Assembly: GCA_039588295.1 (NCBI GenBank)
Contig: JBDHAB010000002.1
Span: 96,001-160,000 of the forward strand
From: Gemmatimonadota bacterium
GTDB lineage: Bacteria > Gemmatimonadota > Gemmatimonadetes > Gemmatimonadales > GWC2-71-9
DNA: 64,000 bases
Reading direction: 5' to 3'
The first letter of the stretch is position 1, and every line of letters begins with the position of its first letter. The position numbers were made by a program, and so were the translations under genes. Below are positions 56,070 through 64,000 of this stretch, piece by piece. Below the pieces are notes generated by a model. That model saw only the letters and a program-made list of their open reading frames with translations. It was not told where the DNA came from and searched no databases.

Positions 56070-57342
56070 GTCACAGACAAGTACTGAGCCCCCGACCGCG
56101 CTCGCTCCCGCTGAGGCAGCGACCGCCATCCTCGGTGAGGTTGCCCGGCTCGGCAGCGAGCGTGTGCCACTGGTGAGTTCGCTGGGGCGGGTACTGTCTC
56201 ACGACGTCAAGAGCCCGATCGACATACCGCAGTGGGACAACTCGGCGATGGACGGATACGCTGTGCGTCGCGCGGACATCACGATCACGGGTGACAAGAA
56301 GGTCGTGTTGAAAGTGGTGGACTCGATACCGGCAGGCGCGTTTCCCAGCGGACCCATCCACGCCGGAGAATGCATGCAGATCTTCACCGGCGCACCGGTC
56401 CCCAATGGCGCCGATACCGTCGTCCGACAGGAGGACACGACGCGTATCGACGAGCAGCGCGTGCGCATCAACGACCCGCGGGACGCCGGCCGCAACATCC
56501 GCAAACGCGGTGAAGACATTCAAAAGAGTGCGCTCGTGCTCGAGCGAGGGACGGAGATCGGGCCAGCGCAAATCGGCGTGCTTGCGTCCATCGCCGCCGC
56601 CGAGGCTCCCGTCACTCGAATCCCTTTTGTCGCTATCCTGTCCACCGGGGACGAGATTGCAGACCTGGACGAGCGCAAGGCGATCCTGAACGGCACCAAG
56701 ATCGCATCATCCAACTCGTACACCATGGCCGCGATGGCGATAGTAGCCGGTGCGGAGCCGCTCAGCCTCGGCATTGCCAAAGACAACCCAGATGAGATCC
56801 GAGCGCTCCTCACCAGCGCGGGGACTGTCGACCTGCTGGTCACCTCGGGCGGAATGAGCGTCGGCGAGCACGATCACCTGCGGCAGATCCTCCGGGACGA
56901 AGCCACCCAGATGAAGTTCTGGCGCCTCAGGACCCGCCCAGGAGCACCGGTCGGGTTCGGTATCCTCAACGGCCGCCCGTGGATCGGTCTTCCCGGCAAT
57001 CCGGTCAGCACCATGGTCACATTCGAGCTATTCGTCCGTCCGGCGATCCGGAAGCTCAGGGGACACCTGAAGCCGTTTCGGCGCACGCGGCTCGTGCGGC
57101 TGACGCAGACGATCAAGACCAACGCGCCACTCACACATTTCCTCCGCGTCGTCGTCTCGGAGGAGAAGGACGGACTCTCGGCCCGACTGACCGGGCCCCA
57201 GGGATCCGGCATCCTCAGCTCGATGGCCAAGGCCGACGCACTCATGATCGTGCCGGAAGATCGGCAGGTGGTGAAGGCCGGGGAGACGCTCCAGGCCATA
57301 TTGCTCAACGAGACGGAGCATGTGGCAGAAGTGCCGTATTAG
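56056..57342 (+). CDS. moeA: Molybdopterin molybdotransferase
   Basis: SAMDGYA, IFTGAPVP, STGDE, SGGMSVG, LPGNPVS, QGSG. Confidence 0.95.
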   Translation: MPNAESQTSTEPPTALAPAEAATAILGEVARLGSERVPLVSSLGRVLSHDVKSPIDIPQWDNSAMDGYAVRRADITITGDKKVVLKVVDSIPAGAFPSGPIHAGECMQIFTGAPVPNGADTVVRQEDTTRIDEQRVRINDPRDAGRNIRKRGEDIQKSALVLERGTEIGPAQIGVLASIAAAEAPVTRIPFVAILSTGDEIADLDERKAILNGTKIASSNSYTMAAMAIVAGAEPLSLGIAKDNPDEIRALLTSAGTVDLLVTSGGMSVGEHDHLRQILRDEATQMKFWRLRTRPGAPVGFGILNGRPWIGLPGNPVSTMVTFELFVRPAIRKLRGHLKPFRRTRLVRLTQTIKTNAPLTHFLRVVVSEEKDGLSARLTGPQGSGILSSMAKADALMIVPEDRQVVKAGETLQAILLNETEHVAEVPY

Positions 57343-57380
57343 TGGGAAGAGATACGGAGGAAGGGAGAAGGGAAGCTACA

Positions 57381-57842
57381 TCATTCCACTGCAACGTACC
57401 CGGTGATCACACCGACACCGAGGAGCACCACGACGGCGCCGATCGCCGTGAGCGCGTACACGTGCCACGTGGGCCCTGGCTCCAACACGGCGCGAGCGGG
57501 TTTCTCCGGATCGTAGTACACTCGAACCTTCGACCCAGCAGGGTATCGATCCACTCTCCGAACCGCCCCGGCGGAGGAACTCACCGACACCCCGTCACCG
57601 AAGAACACCCGGTTCGCAACAAGCGGCTTTCCTCCCACTTCATATCGGTAGGAAACCTCCGCCTGATACATCGTGCTTCCGTCGGAATCCTCGTCCCGCT
57701 GGAGATCCGACACGGCCACCTCACCATCCGTGGAAGGCCACGCTCGGCTCACCTGCGCAAACGTCAGTATGCGATAGCCATAGAGCAGAACGCCGAGACC
57801 GGTGGCCGCAACCACGGTGCCAAGCAGATTGACGAAGGTCAT
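57381..57842 (-). CDS. DUF3592-like membrane protein
   Basis: TM, WPST.G, Y.YEV.G, VYYDPEKP..AVL, TM. Confidence 0.8.
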   Translation of the reverse strand: MTFVNLLGTVVAATGLGVLLYGYRILTFAQVSRAWPSTDGEVAVSDLQRDEDSDGSTMYQAEVSYRYEVGGKPLVANRVFFGDGVSVSSSAGAVRRVDRYPAGSKVRVYYDPEKPARAVLEPGPTWHVYALTAIGAVVVLLGVGVITGYVAVE

Positions 57843-57863
57843 GGAGCTACGATACCCCCTCGA

Positions 57864-59237
57864 TCACCGCGGCCACGTCCTCGCACATCCGCTGCGTCCG
57901 GTCGCTTCACCAAAGTCACTCGTGGGGAGCGTGTCCGCGGCGAGGACGAATCGTCGGTATTCCGCTGAGCCTGCCTGGCCATAGGCTTGCACAACGAACC
58001 GTTCCAGGTCACCACTCGTGAGGCCCCGACGCGGCTCGGCGAAGATCGGCCTGAGCACCGCTCGTAAGCCGCTCCCACGGCGTCGGCCCAACTGGTCCAG
58101 CCGACGTACGAAGAGTGCACCCTTGCTGTAAACGAGTCGCTGTGATCTGGAGTCGCGCGAGTACCCGCTGGACGCTTCGGCCAGACCGACGCTTCCGGAT
58201 GACTCCAAGAATCGCATCTCCGCCTGGAGGTCGGCAAAACAAGCCCGCCGCAATGCCTCCGAGATCAGGCCCGTCTCATGCGCCGAGACAATACCGACGT
58301 ATTGCGCGAACCCCTCCGTGAACCAACGCGCATCTGGGGAAACGAGGTCCGCTCGCATCCACCAGTGAAACAGCTCGTGCGCCAGCAAGATCGCGCTCGG
58401 TGCCAGCACCGCCGACGCTGCTCCGGCGGCGCCGCCCTGCATGAAGGTTCCCGGGATCACCACTACGCTTCGACGGCCCGGCGACTCGAACCCGGAGCCG
58501 ACAAGCGCGACTTCGTAGCGGAGCAGGTCACGGATCTGCGCCGGAGTGACCTGCCCATCGGTCCCATACACACCCATCTGCACTTGACTGCCACCGATCA
58601 GAACCGTCTGCCACCGGAACGGACCTACGCCGAGGTAGTCCACTCGTGGACGCCGGGTCCACGGGACCCAGTAGCCCGATCTCCGCGGCTCCCATGGAGT
58701 GATCGCCGTCCAGCGCCCGGGCAGCTGGAACGTCACGTACGCGCCGACACCGTCCAGGCTCAGCACCGGCAGCAGTGACGTCGTCCGGAGCACCGCTACG
58801 TCTCTCGAAGCTCTGCTTCTCGCATCAGCCGGCGAATCACGCTCCATTCCCGACGGGAAGTACGTAGGATCGATCTGGTATTCGATACTGATTGTCGAGG
58901 GATCGCTCGGCAGGGCGATATCGAATGTGAGAGGAGTTCCGCCGCGTCGGTTGACCCGGAGCGCACGCGCCTGGCTGGTTACGCGCACGGCCTGAACCTG
59001 CCTCGAGGTTCCGGGAAGATCGACGAAGAACAGCGTCAGCGAACGGCGATCTGCCAAGGCACGCGCGGCGATGCGGCCTTGCACCGATATCTGCCGGGGC
59101 GACGACGTATCGTATCGGACGTGCCAGCTCAGTGACTCCGGCTGCTGCAACGCTCGGGCCTGCTCAGCAGCGGATACCGCAGCCACCAAAGAGGCGGCTG
59201 CGAAGAGCAGCGATGCAGTGTTGGGCAGCCGTGTCAC
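57864..59237 (-). CDS. Secreted gluzincin metallopeptidase (M1/M61-like)
   Basis: Signal peptide; HELFHWW..WFTEG; YSKGAL. Confidence 0.75.
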   Translation of the reverse strand: MTRLPNTASLLFAAASLVAAVSAAEQARALQQPESLSWHVRYDTSSPRQISVQGRIAARALADRRSLTLFFVDLPGTSRQVQAVRVTSQARALRVNRRGGTPLTFDIALPSDPSTISIEYQIDPTYFPSGMERDSPADARSRASRDVAVLRTTSLLPVLSLDGVGAYVTFQLPGRWTAITPWEPRRSGYWVPWTRRPRVDYLGVGPFRWQTVLIGGSQVQMGVYGTDGQVTPAQIRDLLRYEVALVGSGFESPGRRSVVVIPGTFMQGGAAGAASAVLAPSAILLAHELFHWWMRADLVSPDARWFTEGFAQYVGIVSAHETGLISEALRRACFADLQAEMRFLESSGSVGLAEASSGYSRDSRSQRLVYSKGALFVRRLDQLGRRRGSGLRAVLRPIFAEPRRGLTSGDLERFVVQAYGQAGSAEYRRFVLAADTLPTSDFGEATGRSGCARTWPR

Positions 59238-59241
59238 TCCC

Positions 59242-59874
59242 TCACTCCTTTGCGAAATTGAGCGTGAATGCCCACCACGAGCCGAACGACTCGACGACGC
59301 GGAAACCCACCGCTTCGGCGAGCGCGCGGACTTGGCGCCGCGATTGATAATGCGGATCCGGTAACGCTTCCGTCACCGATAGCATACCGCCGGGCTTCAG
59401 TGCTTGATGAATCTCGCGCAGTGCCGCCCCGCGATCCACGATCTCGCCAAGGACGGTGACCAGGAACGTTCGGTCAAAGGTCTCGCACGGTACCCTCCCG
59501 TCCCCGGCCCCGCCGAGCACGGCTTCCACATTCGTCACGCTATGACGATCGAGCTTCTGCTGGAGCTTGGCCAGCATTCCCGGCTGGAGATCCAGGGCCA
59601 CGACCCGGCCTGTCGGACCGACGTGCCGTGCGACGGGCACGGTCACGCGCCCGGGACCACATCCAACGTCGAGGACGTCCATCCCCGGTGTCACGTGTGC
59701 GCGCTCGATGAGCGTGGCACTTCCTGCCACGGCCTCGAAGTACGGGGTTTCTAGGAGAACGGACAGCCACACGGGACAGGCTGTGGAGTGGCGGCGTGAC
59801 ACAACGCGCAGTGCGACAACCAGCGAAACCAGCGCGACGAGGACAACCGCGATGACGCCGAGCGTGGCGTTCAT
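59242..59874 (-). CDS. Class I SAM-dependent methyltransferase with N-terminal TM
   Basis: VLDVGCGPG, LKPGG. Confidence 0.85.
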   Translation of the reverse strand: MNATLGVIAVVLVALVSLVVALRVVSRRHSTACPVWLSVLLETPYFEAVAGSATLIERAHVTPGMDVLDVGCGPGRVTVPVARHVGPTGRVVALDLQPGMLAKLQQKLDRHSVTNVEAVLGGAGDGRVPCETFDRTFLVTVLGEIVDRGAALREIHQALKPGGMLSVTEALPDPHYQSRRQVRALAEAVGFRVVESFGSWWAFTLNFAKE

Positions 59875-59892
59875 CGACAGGGAACCGCGGAC

Positions 59893-60540
59893 TCACCCAA
59901 GAGACTCTCCGTCGTCCTCCGGCCCCGACCCGGATCGCCTGAACAGGCAGTACAGAAAGTCCTGCACCGCCCCACTCGGGGTGTGATGTCCTTCCACCTG
60001 GCTCTCGACCAGCACGAATTCCGAACCGACCAGCTGGCACAGCATCTCGGAACCATAGCGCTGCACGTCCAGGCCACTGCACCGGGTTGGGCCAGTGGGC
60101 CCAAAGGTCGCGATGATCGCGTAGCCGTTGGACGTAAGGGATCGGAGCAACGTGTCGCGGTACGCTTGACGCGCTTCATCCTCCAGCAGGAAATGCAGCA
60201 CGGCGCGGTCGTGCCAGATGTCCCACTGATGTGGCGATACGAACGTGGTAACGTCCGCCGAGAACCACTCGACTCGCTCTGCGCTCTGCCCGAGACGCTG
60301 CTGTACCTGGTGCAACGCGTGCTCAGCGATATCAAGGACCCCGATCTTCGTGTAGCCTGCCGCCAGCAGCGTGTCTACCAGCGTAGACGTACCTCCACCA
60401 ACGTCGAGCACGCGCGCCGTAGCGTCGAGGCCTGTAGCCTCGATGAGCTCCAAGGAAAGGCTCGGACGCTCTTGGTACCAGCTCAACCGGTCCGACGCCT
60501 TCTTGGTGTACACCGTTTCCCAATGATCTTTGGGCTTCAT
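59893..60540 (-). CDS. Class I SAM-dependent methyltransferase
   Basis: HWETVY, SWYQ, LDVGGG, WHDRAVLHFL, GP..CSGL. Confidence 0.88.
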   Translation of the reverse strand: MKPKDHWETVYTKKASDRLSWYQERPSLSLELIEATGLDATARVLDVGGGTSTLVDTLLAAGYTKIGVLDIAEHALHQVQQRLGQSAERVEWFSADVTTFVSPHQWDIWHDRAVLHFLLEDEARQAYRDTLLRSLTSNGYAIIATFGPTGPTRCSGLDVQRYGSEMLCQLVGSEFVLVESQVEGHHTPSGAVQDFLYCLFRRSGSGPEDDGESLG

Positions 60541-60564
60541 CCGATGCCTCTCAACGGTACGTGG

Positions 60565-60762
60565 TCACGACTGCGGCATGCGTTGCTCCCGCCAGAGCCA
60601 AATCGCCAGGGCAGCGGGCACCAAGACCGCCACGACACTGGGCCACATCGGAACAACAACGTCGTCGCCGACCATGAGCGAGACGTTGAATACGAGACGG
60701 CAGAGATGGGCTAATGCGATCAGTAGCAGGAAGAGCCCACTCAGGAGCGCTGCTGGTTTCAC
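60565..60762 (-). CDS. Small two-TM membrane protein (65 aa)
   Basis: GTG after a purine-rich SD; MKPAALLSGLFLLLIALAHLCRL..PMWPS. Confidence 0.65.
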   Translation of the reverse strand: MKPAALLSGLFLLLIALAHLCRLVFNVSLMVGDDVVVPMWPSVVAVLVPAALAIWLWREQRMPQS

Positions 60763-60835
60763 TGATCTCTCCCCCGTCTCCTCAAAGATCGAGACAGTCG
60801 AAAGCGGGAACGCGCCGAGTCGCAGCTTGCGAAGC

Positions 60836-61813
60836 TCACTGGAACCGCTCGGCGTAGCCACTCGCCTCGAATATCCCCAAGAAGTCCCGCAACTCGACGA
60901 TGTCCCGCAGCGCTGTGGCCTTGTCACTGGCCCGTTGATGGTAGGCCTCCACGATTCTGTATCCGATGAAGTAGCCCAGATCTGCGGGCCGGCCGTCTCC
61001 CGGTTGTGCATAGAGCCAATCACCGAAATCCGATCCCGACATCACCATCACGAATTCGTTCCATAACTCTGCCTCATGGGCTTGCCCGTACGTATGTGCG
61101 CGCGGGTTGATATGCCCACCTGAAACCTGTTCAGCCACGTAGTCGGCGGCGCCCTCTCGCATGGCCTGGTGGAGCAGCGTATTTCGCCATCGGCCCAACT
61201 GGAAACGGTGCGCCAATTCATGGGCGACGATGTGGGGAAGCCACTCGAATGGCTTCGTGTTGGCTCGAGCCCATTCGTTCAGCTCCTCGACCGGAGTAGC
61301 AGCGTCTCTGGCAAACAGTTCCGCGCCAATGACGAGCCCCGGCGTGACATTGATGCCGCCGGTGCGGAGCCAACCCACGATGAAGTAGACGTCGGGGAAT
61401 GACCCACGAGGATAGAGTCGCTTGAACTCACGGAAGCTGTCCAGAATGCGATCGCGGAGTACGACCGACGTGTCGATAGCGAGCGTGTTTTCCCGCACGG
61501 CGGCATAATATTCGCGCGCATCGAGCACGGCTTCGGCAAACCGCTCCGCATCCTCGAATCGTGCCTCTTGGAACGCGGCGAGACCGGCCGTGCCACCATT
61601 CAGATAGTCCCGTTCGAAGATCTCCGCGGCATCCTCGAACGTGACATCACCGGGGAGCCGGTCGAAGGCCCGCCAGAACCGGGGGATGTCCTCGGTCACG
61701 AGCCTCACCGACTCGACGCTGCCATGACCCGACGGTGCCACCCGGCCCGGGCCGGCACACGCCGGCACCACGACCGTCAGGAGGAACAGCGCGCGGACTC
61801 GCCGATAGCGCAT
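60836..61813 (-). CDS. DUF2268-like Zn-dependent protease, probable lipoprotein
   Basis: VPAC lipobox; HELAH..EGAADY; DLGYFIGY. Confidence 0.8.
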   Translation of the reverse strand: MRYRRVRALFLLTVVVPACAGPGRVAPSGHGSVESVRLVTEDIPRFWRAFDRLPGDVTFEDAAEIFERDYLNGGTAGLAAFQEARFEDAERFAEAVLDAREYYAAVRENTLAIDTSVVLRDRILDSFREFKRLYPRGSFPDVYFIVGWLRTGGINVTPGLVIGAELFARDAATPVEELNEWARANTKPFEWLPHIVAHELAHRFQLGRWRNTLLHQAMREGAADYVAEQVSGGHINPRAHTYGQAHEAELWNEFVMVMSGSDFGDWLYAQPGDGRPADLGYFIGYRIVEAYHQRASDKATALRDIVELRDFLGIFEASGYAERFQ

Positions 61814-61876
61814 GGGTGAGTCCATCTACACTCCGCGTCGCTTTGGTTCCCTCTTTGCGCCATGCCGAGCAGCCGG

Positions 61877-62293
61877 CTAAGGGCTCACCTTGGGGGACAA
61901 CACAAAGGTGCCCGACATGTCGGGTCGTAGCTCGCCTTCGACCATCCCGGTGAAGCTCCCCTCGTGACTCCCGTCTGTCCGCTCGAGTCCGATGAACTGA
62001 ACGTTCACAAGTCCGCCGTTGGCGATGCGAGACATCTGGAACTTGAGGTCACCCTGCTCCGTGAGGAAGCATTCCGTCGTGAATCTCGAACCGTCGGGGA
62101 GACCGATCGTCAGCCACGTCGTACCGTCGTCTGTGTGCAGCAACACGTCAATCCGCGCGGGCTCGTCAGAACCGCTGACCGTCATTTCCAGAACGTGGGT
62201 CGGTTGTTCCTGCTGAAGCCCGGGGGGCGCCGACAAAGGACCGAAGAGAACAAGCGGTACCGCCAGCAACGGCAGAACCGGTACATATCTCAT
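61877..62293 (-). CDS. Hypothetical exported protein
   Basis: SD AGGAG; hydrophobic N-terminus; beta-rich domain. Confidence 0.6.
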   Translation of the reverse strand: MRYVPVLPLLAVPLVLFGPLSAPPGLQQEQPTHVLEMTVSGSDEPARIDVLLHTDDGTTWLTIGLPDGSRFTTECFLTEQGDLKFQMSRIANGGLVNVQFIGLERTDGSHEGSFTGMVEGELRPDMSGTFVLSPKVSP

Positions 62294-62697
62294 GGTTCAG
62301 TCTCCTGTGAGAGTCGCGCCGTCCCTCGCGCGGCGAGGACGGCACCCAATCCAACGGTGATCGTCGGTATGATGACGTACGTGAGCCCGATGTCCGCCAG
62401 GTAGTCGGTCAGGCTCATCTTCATGGGACCACCCAACAGCATCAGCGGCGCGTCGATCAGCACACAGATCACGAGCCAGAGCAGCCCGACCATAACGCCT
62501 TCCGTCACATAGTCGTGTGACACTCGTCGGAAGTAACTGACTCCCAGTGTCACCGCGGCCACGCTCACCGCGACGGGCATGATCGACTCGAAAAGGGGTC
62601 GTGAGGACTCACGGAGCGGAAACACGACAAACGCGACAGCAAACGGGATGAGCCAGATGAGGAAGCCAAGCAGAACCGCTCGGCGTACCGATGTCAT
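62290..62697 (-). CDS. Four-TM hypothetical membrane protein
   Basis: SD GAGGAG; hydrophobic helices; LFESIMP motif. Confidence 0.7.
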   Translation of the reverse strand: MTSVRRAVLLGFLIWLIPFAVAFVVFPLRESSRPLFESIMPVAVSVAAVTLGVSYFRRVSHDYVTEGVMVGLLWLVICVLIDAPLMLLGGPMKMSLTDYLADIGLTYVIIPTITVGLGAVLAARGTARLSQETEP

Positions 62698-62775
62698 GGT
62701 TCTCTCCTCAGATTCCGAGATGGTATTCCAGCGACTCGCAGGTCATCCGACGAGCGTCGGGAAACCGGCCGCGGC

Positions 62776-63114
62776 CTAGCGGACCTCGGCCGGCGGAGCC
62801 ATCCCGAACCCGCGTCTGAACTCCCAACCGCTGTCACCCACGACGAACACCAACGTCGAGACCGTCTCAGCCGAATCGCCGGCTTCGAGCGGCAACGTCA
62901 GCGGACCGTGCAGCAGCGCAACCTCGGGATGCACCCACATGAGTCGCAATGCGGAGGCATCGGCGGATTCAAACGCCGGCGGCTGTTCGGCCAGGGACAT
63001 GAGGGTGTCGCGGAGCGCAGATTGCTCTGTCTCGGTTGGCTGCCATTCAGTGCTTGGACGGCATGCCGCCGCAAGCGCAACGACAACGACGACGGTCAGC
63101 GGACGGAGCTTCAC
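62776..63114 (-). CDS. Hypothetical lipoprotein
   Basis: SD GGAGG, GTG start; MKLRPLTVVVVVALAAAC lipobox. Confidence 0.65.
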   Translation of the reverse strand: MKLRPLTVVVVVALAAACRPSTEWQPTETEQSALRDTLMSLAEQPPAFESADASALRLMWVHPEVALLHGPLTLPLEAGDSAETVSTLVFVVGDSGWEFRRGFGMAPPAEVR

Positions 63115-63158
63115 GGATACCTCCCTTCCAAGGAAGCCTACGACCTGGGGCTCGCGCG

Positions 63159-63782
63159 CTACCTGGCGCGACGCTCGGATAGATAATGATGCCACAGGAT
63201 CCGCGCCGCCACCGAGCGCCACGGCTTCCAGGCGACGGCGATGCGCTGCAATCGGTCGTTTGGGGGATGAGTCCGCAACCGTTTCACTTGCTTCACCGCC
63301 CCCGCGAGTGCCAAATCGCCGTCCGGCCACACGTCCGGCCGCCGCAGGGCCATGAGCAGGTAGATGTCGGCCGTCCACGGTCCGATTCCCCGAACCTCGA
63401 GCAACGCTTGTCGTGCCGTGGCGTCGTCGGCACGAGCGATCGTCCGGAGGTTGAGCGCTCCGGACACGATAAGCCGAGCCAGGTTGAGACAATAGTCCGC
63501 CTTCTGACGCGTGATGCCCCAGCGCCGCAGCTCAGTCAACGAGAGGCGAGCCACCCGCTGGGCCGTCACGCGTCCCACGGCCCGCTGCAGTCGGGTGAAG
63601 GCGGCGTCGGCCGATGCCAACGAGACTTGCTGCTCGAAGACGATCCGCAGGAGCGTGGCGAAGCCGGGTCTCCGTGCCCACATGGGTGGTGGGCCAATCC
63701 GCCCCACGACGGCGGCCAAGTCGTCGTCAGCGCAAAGCTCGGTGACCGCCGAGCGCAGAGCGTCCTGCGTGAGAGTCTGCGT
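63159..63782 (-). CDS. DNA-3-methyladenine glycosylase II (AlkA/HhH-GPD family)
   Basis: EQQVSLASA, GIGPWTADIY, WPDGDLAL, WKPWRSVA; the N-terminus appears to begin at an ACG (see findings). Confidence 0.88.
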   Translation of the reverse strand, partial: TQTLTQDALRSAVTELCADDDLAAVVGRIGPPPMWARRPGFATLLRIVFEQQVSLASADAAFTRLQRAVGRVTAQRVARLSLTELRRWGITRQKADYCLNLARLIVSGALNLRTIARADDATARQALLEVRGIGPWTADIYLLMALRRPDVWPDGDLALAGAVKQVKRLRTHPPNDRLQRIAVAWKPWRSVAARILWHHYLSERRAR

Positions 63783-63936
63783 GGTGGGCTCCTGTAGGTC
63801 TCGGGGATCGCCTGACGCCTTGCAGCTAGGCTACGGGCACCGTGTCGCATCTGCAAGTGGAACTCAAAGGCAGTTACGGTGTGGCCGCGCCGATCCGCAC
63901 GGCGAACCGTCCGCTGGACGGAGGGTACGCTCTCGG

Positions 63937-63999
63937 TCAGGCCCCCCCGGAGGGGGAACCACGCGAGCGGCGGTACTGCTCTGCCCGGTCCGCCTTCCC
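63937..63999 (-). CDS. Possible C-terminus of an upstream gene (partial)
   Basis: Frame reads GKADRAEQYRRSRGSPSGGA* up to the window edge; too short to identify. Confidence 0.3.
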   Translation of the reverse strand, partial: GKADRAEQYRRSRGSPSGGA

Positions 64000-64000
64000 C

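Noticed and set aside
61111..61141. Further TGAAAC..CGTA promoter copy
   Set aside because: Spacer is only 11 nt and it lies antisense within a CDS

Overview
A 64 kb, GC-rich bacterial chromosomal window of mostly housekeeping genes. The gene style (orphan type IV pilin, PilB-receiver fusion, many secreted peptidases and beta-barrels) suggests Gemmatimonadota, but that is inference. Core loci: tRNA-Leu(TAG), tig-clpP-clpX-engB, glmM-glmS-dtd-maf, metB-like gene, an M48 peptidase-purD-mutM operon, ubiE/menG, an ECF sigma operon, mrp/nrnA, alsT, guaB, and a tungstate/molybdate ABC-PTPS-mobA-moeA cluster. The right end holds small accessory genes. I saw no transposase, integrase, CRISPR array or rRNA. 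Most notable: (1) a Ddl-like ATP-grasp ligase coupled to a four-zinc-ribbon metallopeptidase, between the DNA repair genes mutM and a Cho-like GIY-YIG nuclease; (2) two exact TGAAAC-N16-CGTA ECF promoter motifs plus one near match, suggesting a local regulon; (3) a PilB/GspE ATPase fused to a C-terminal receiver domain; (4) a structured guaB leader with a uORF and terminator-like hairpin; (5) a highly base-paired intergenic region upstream of tig; (6) probable non-canonical starts (ACG, CTG) and many likely leaderless genes. All calls come from reading motifs by eye; no database searches were run.
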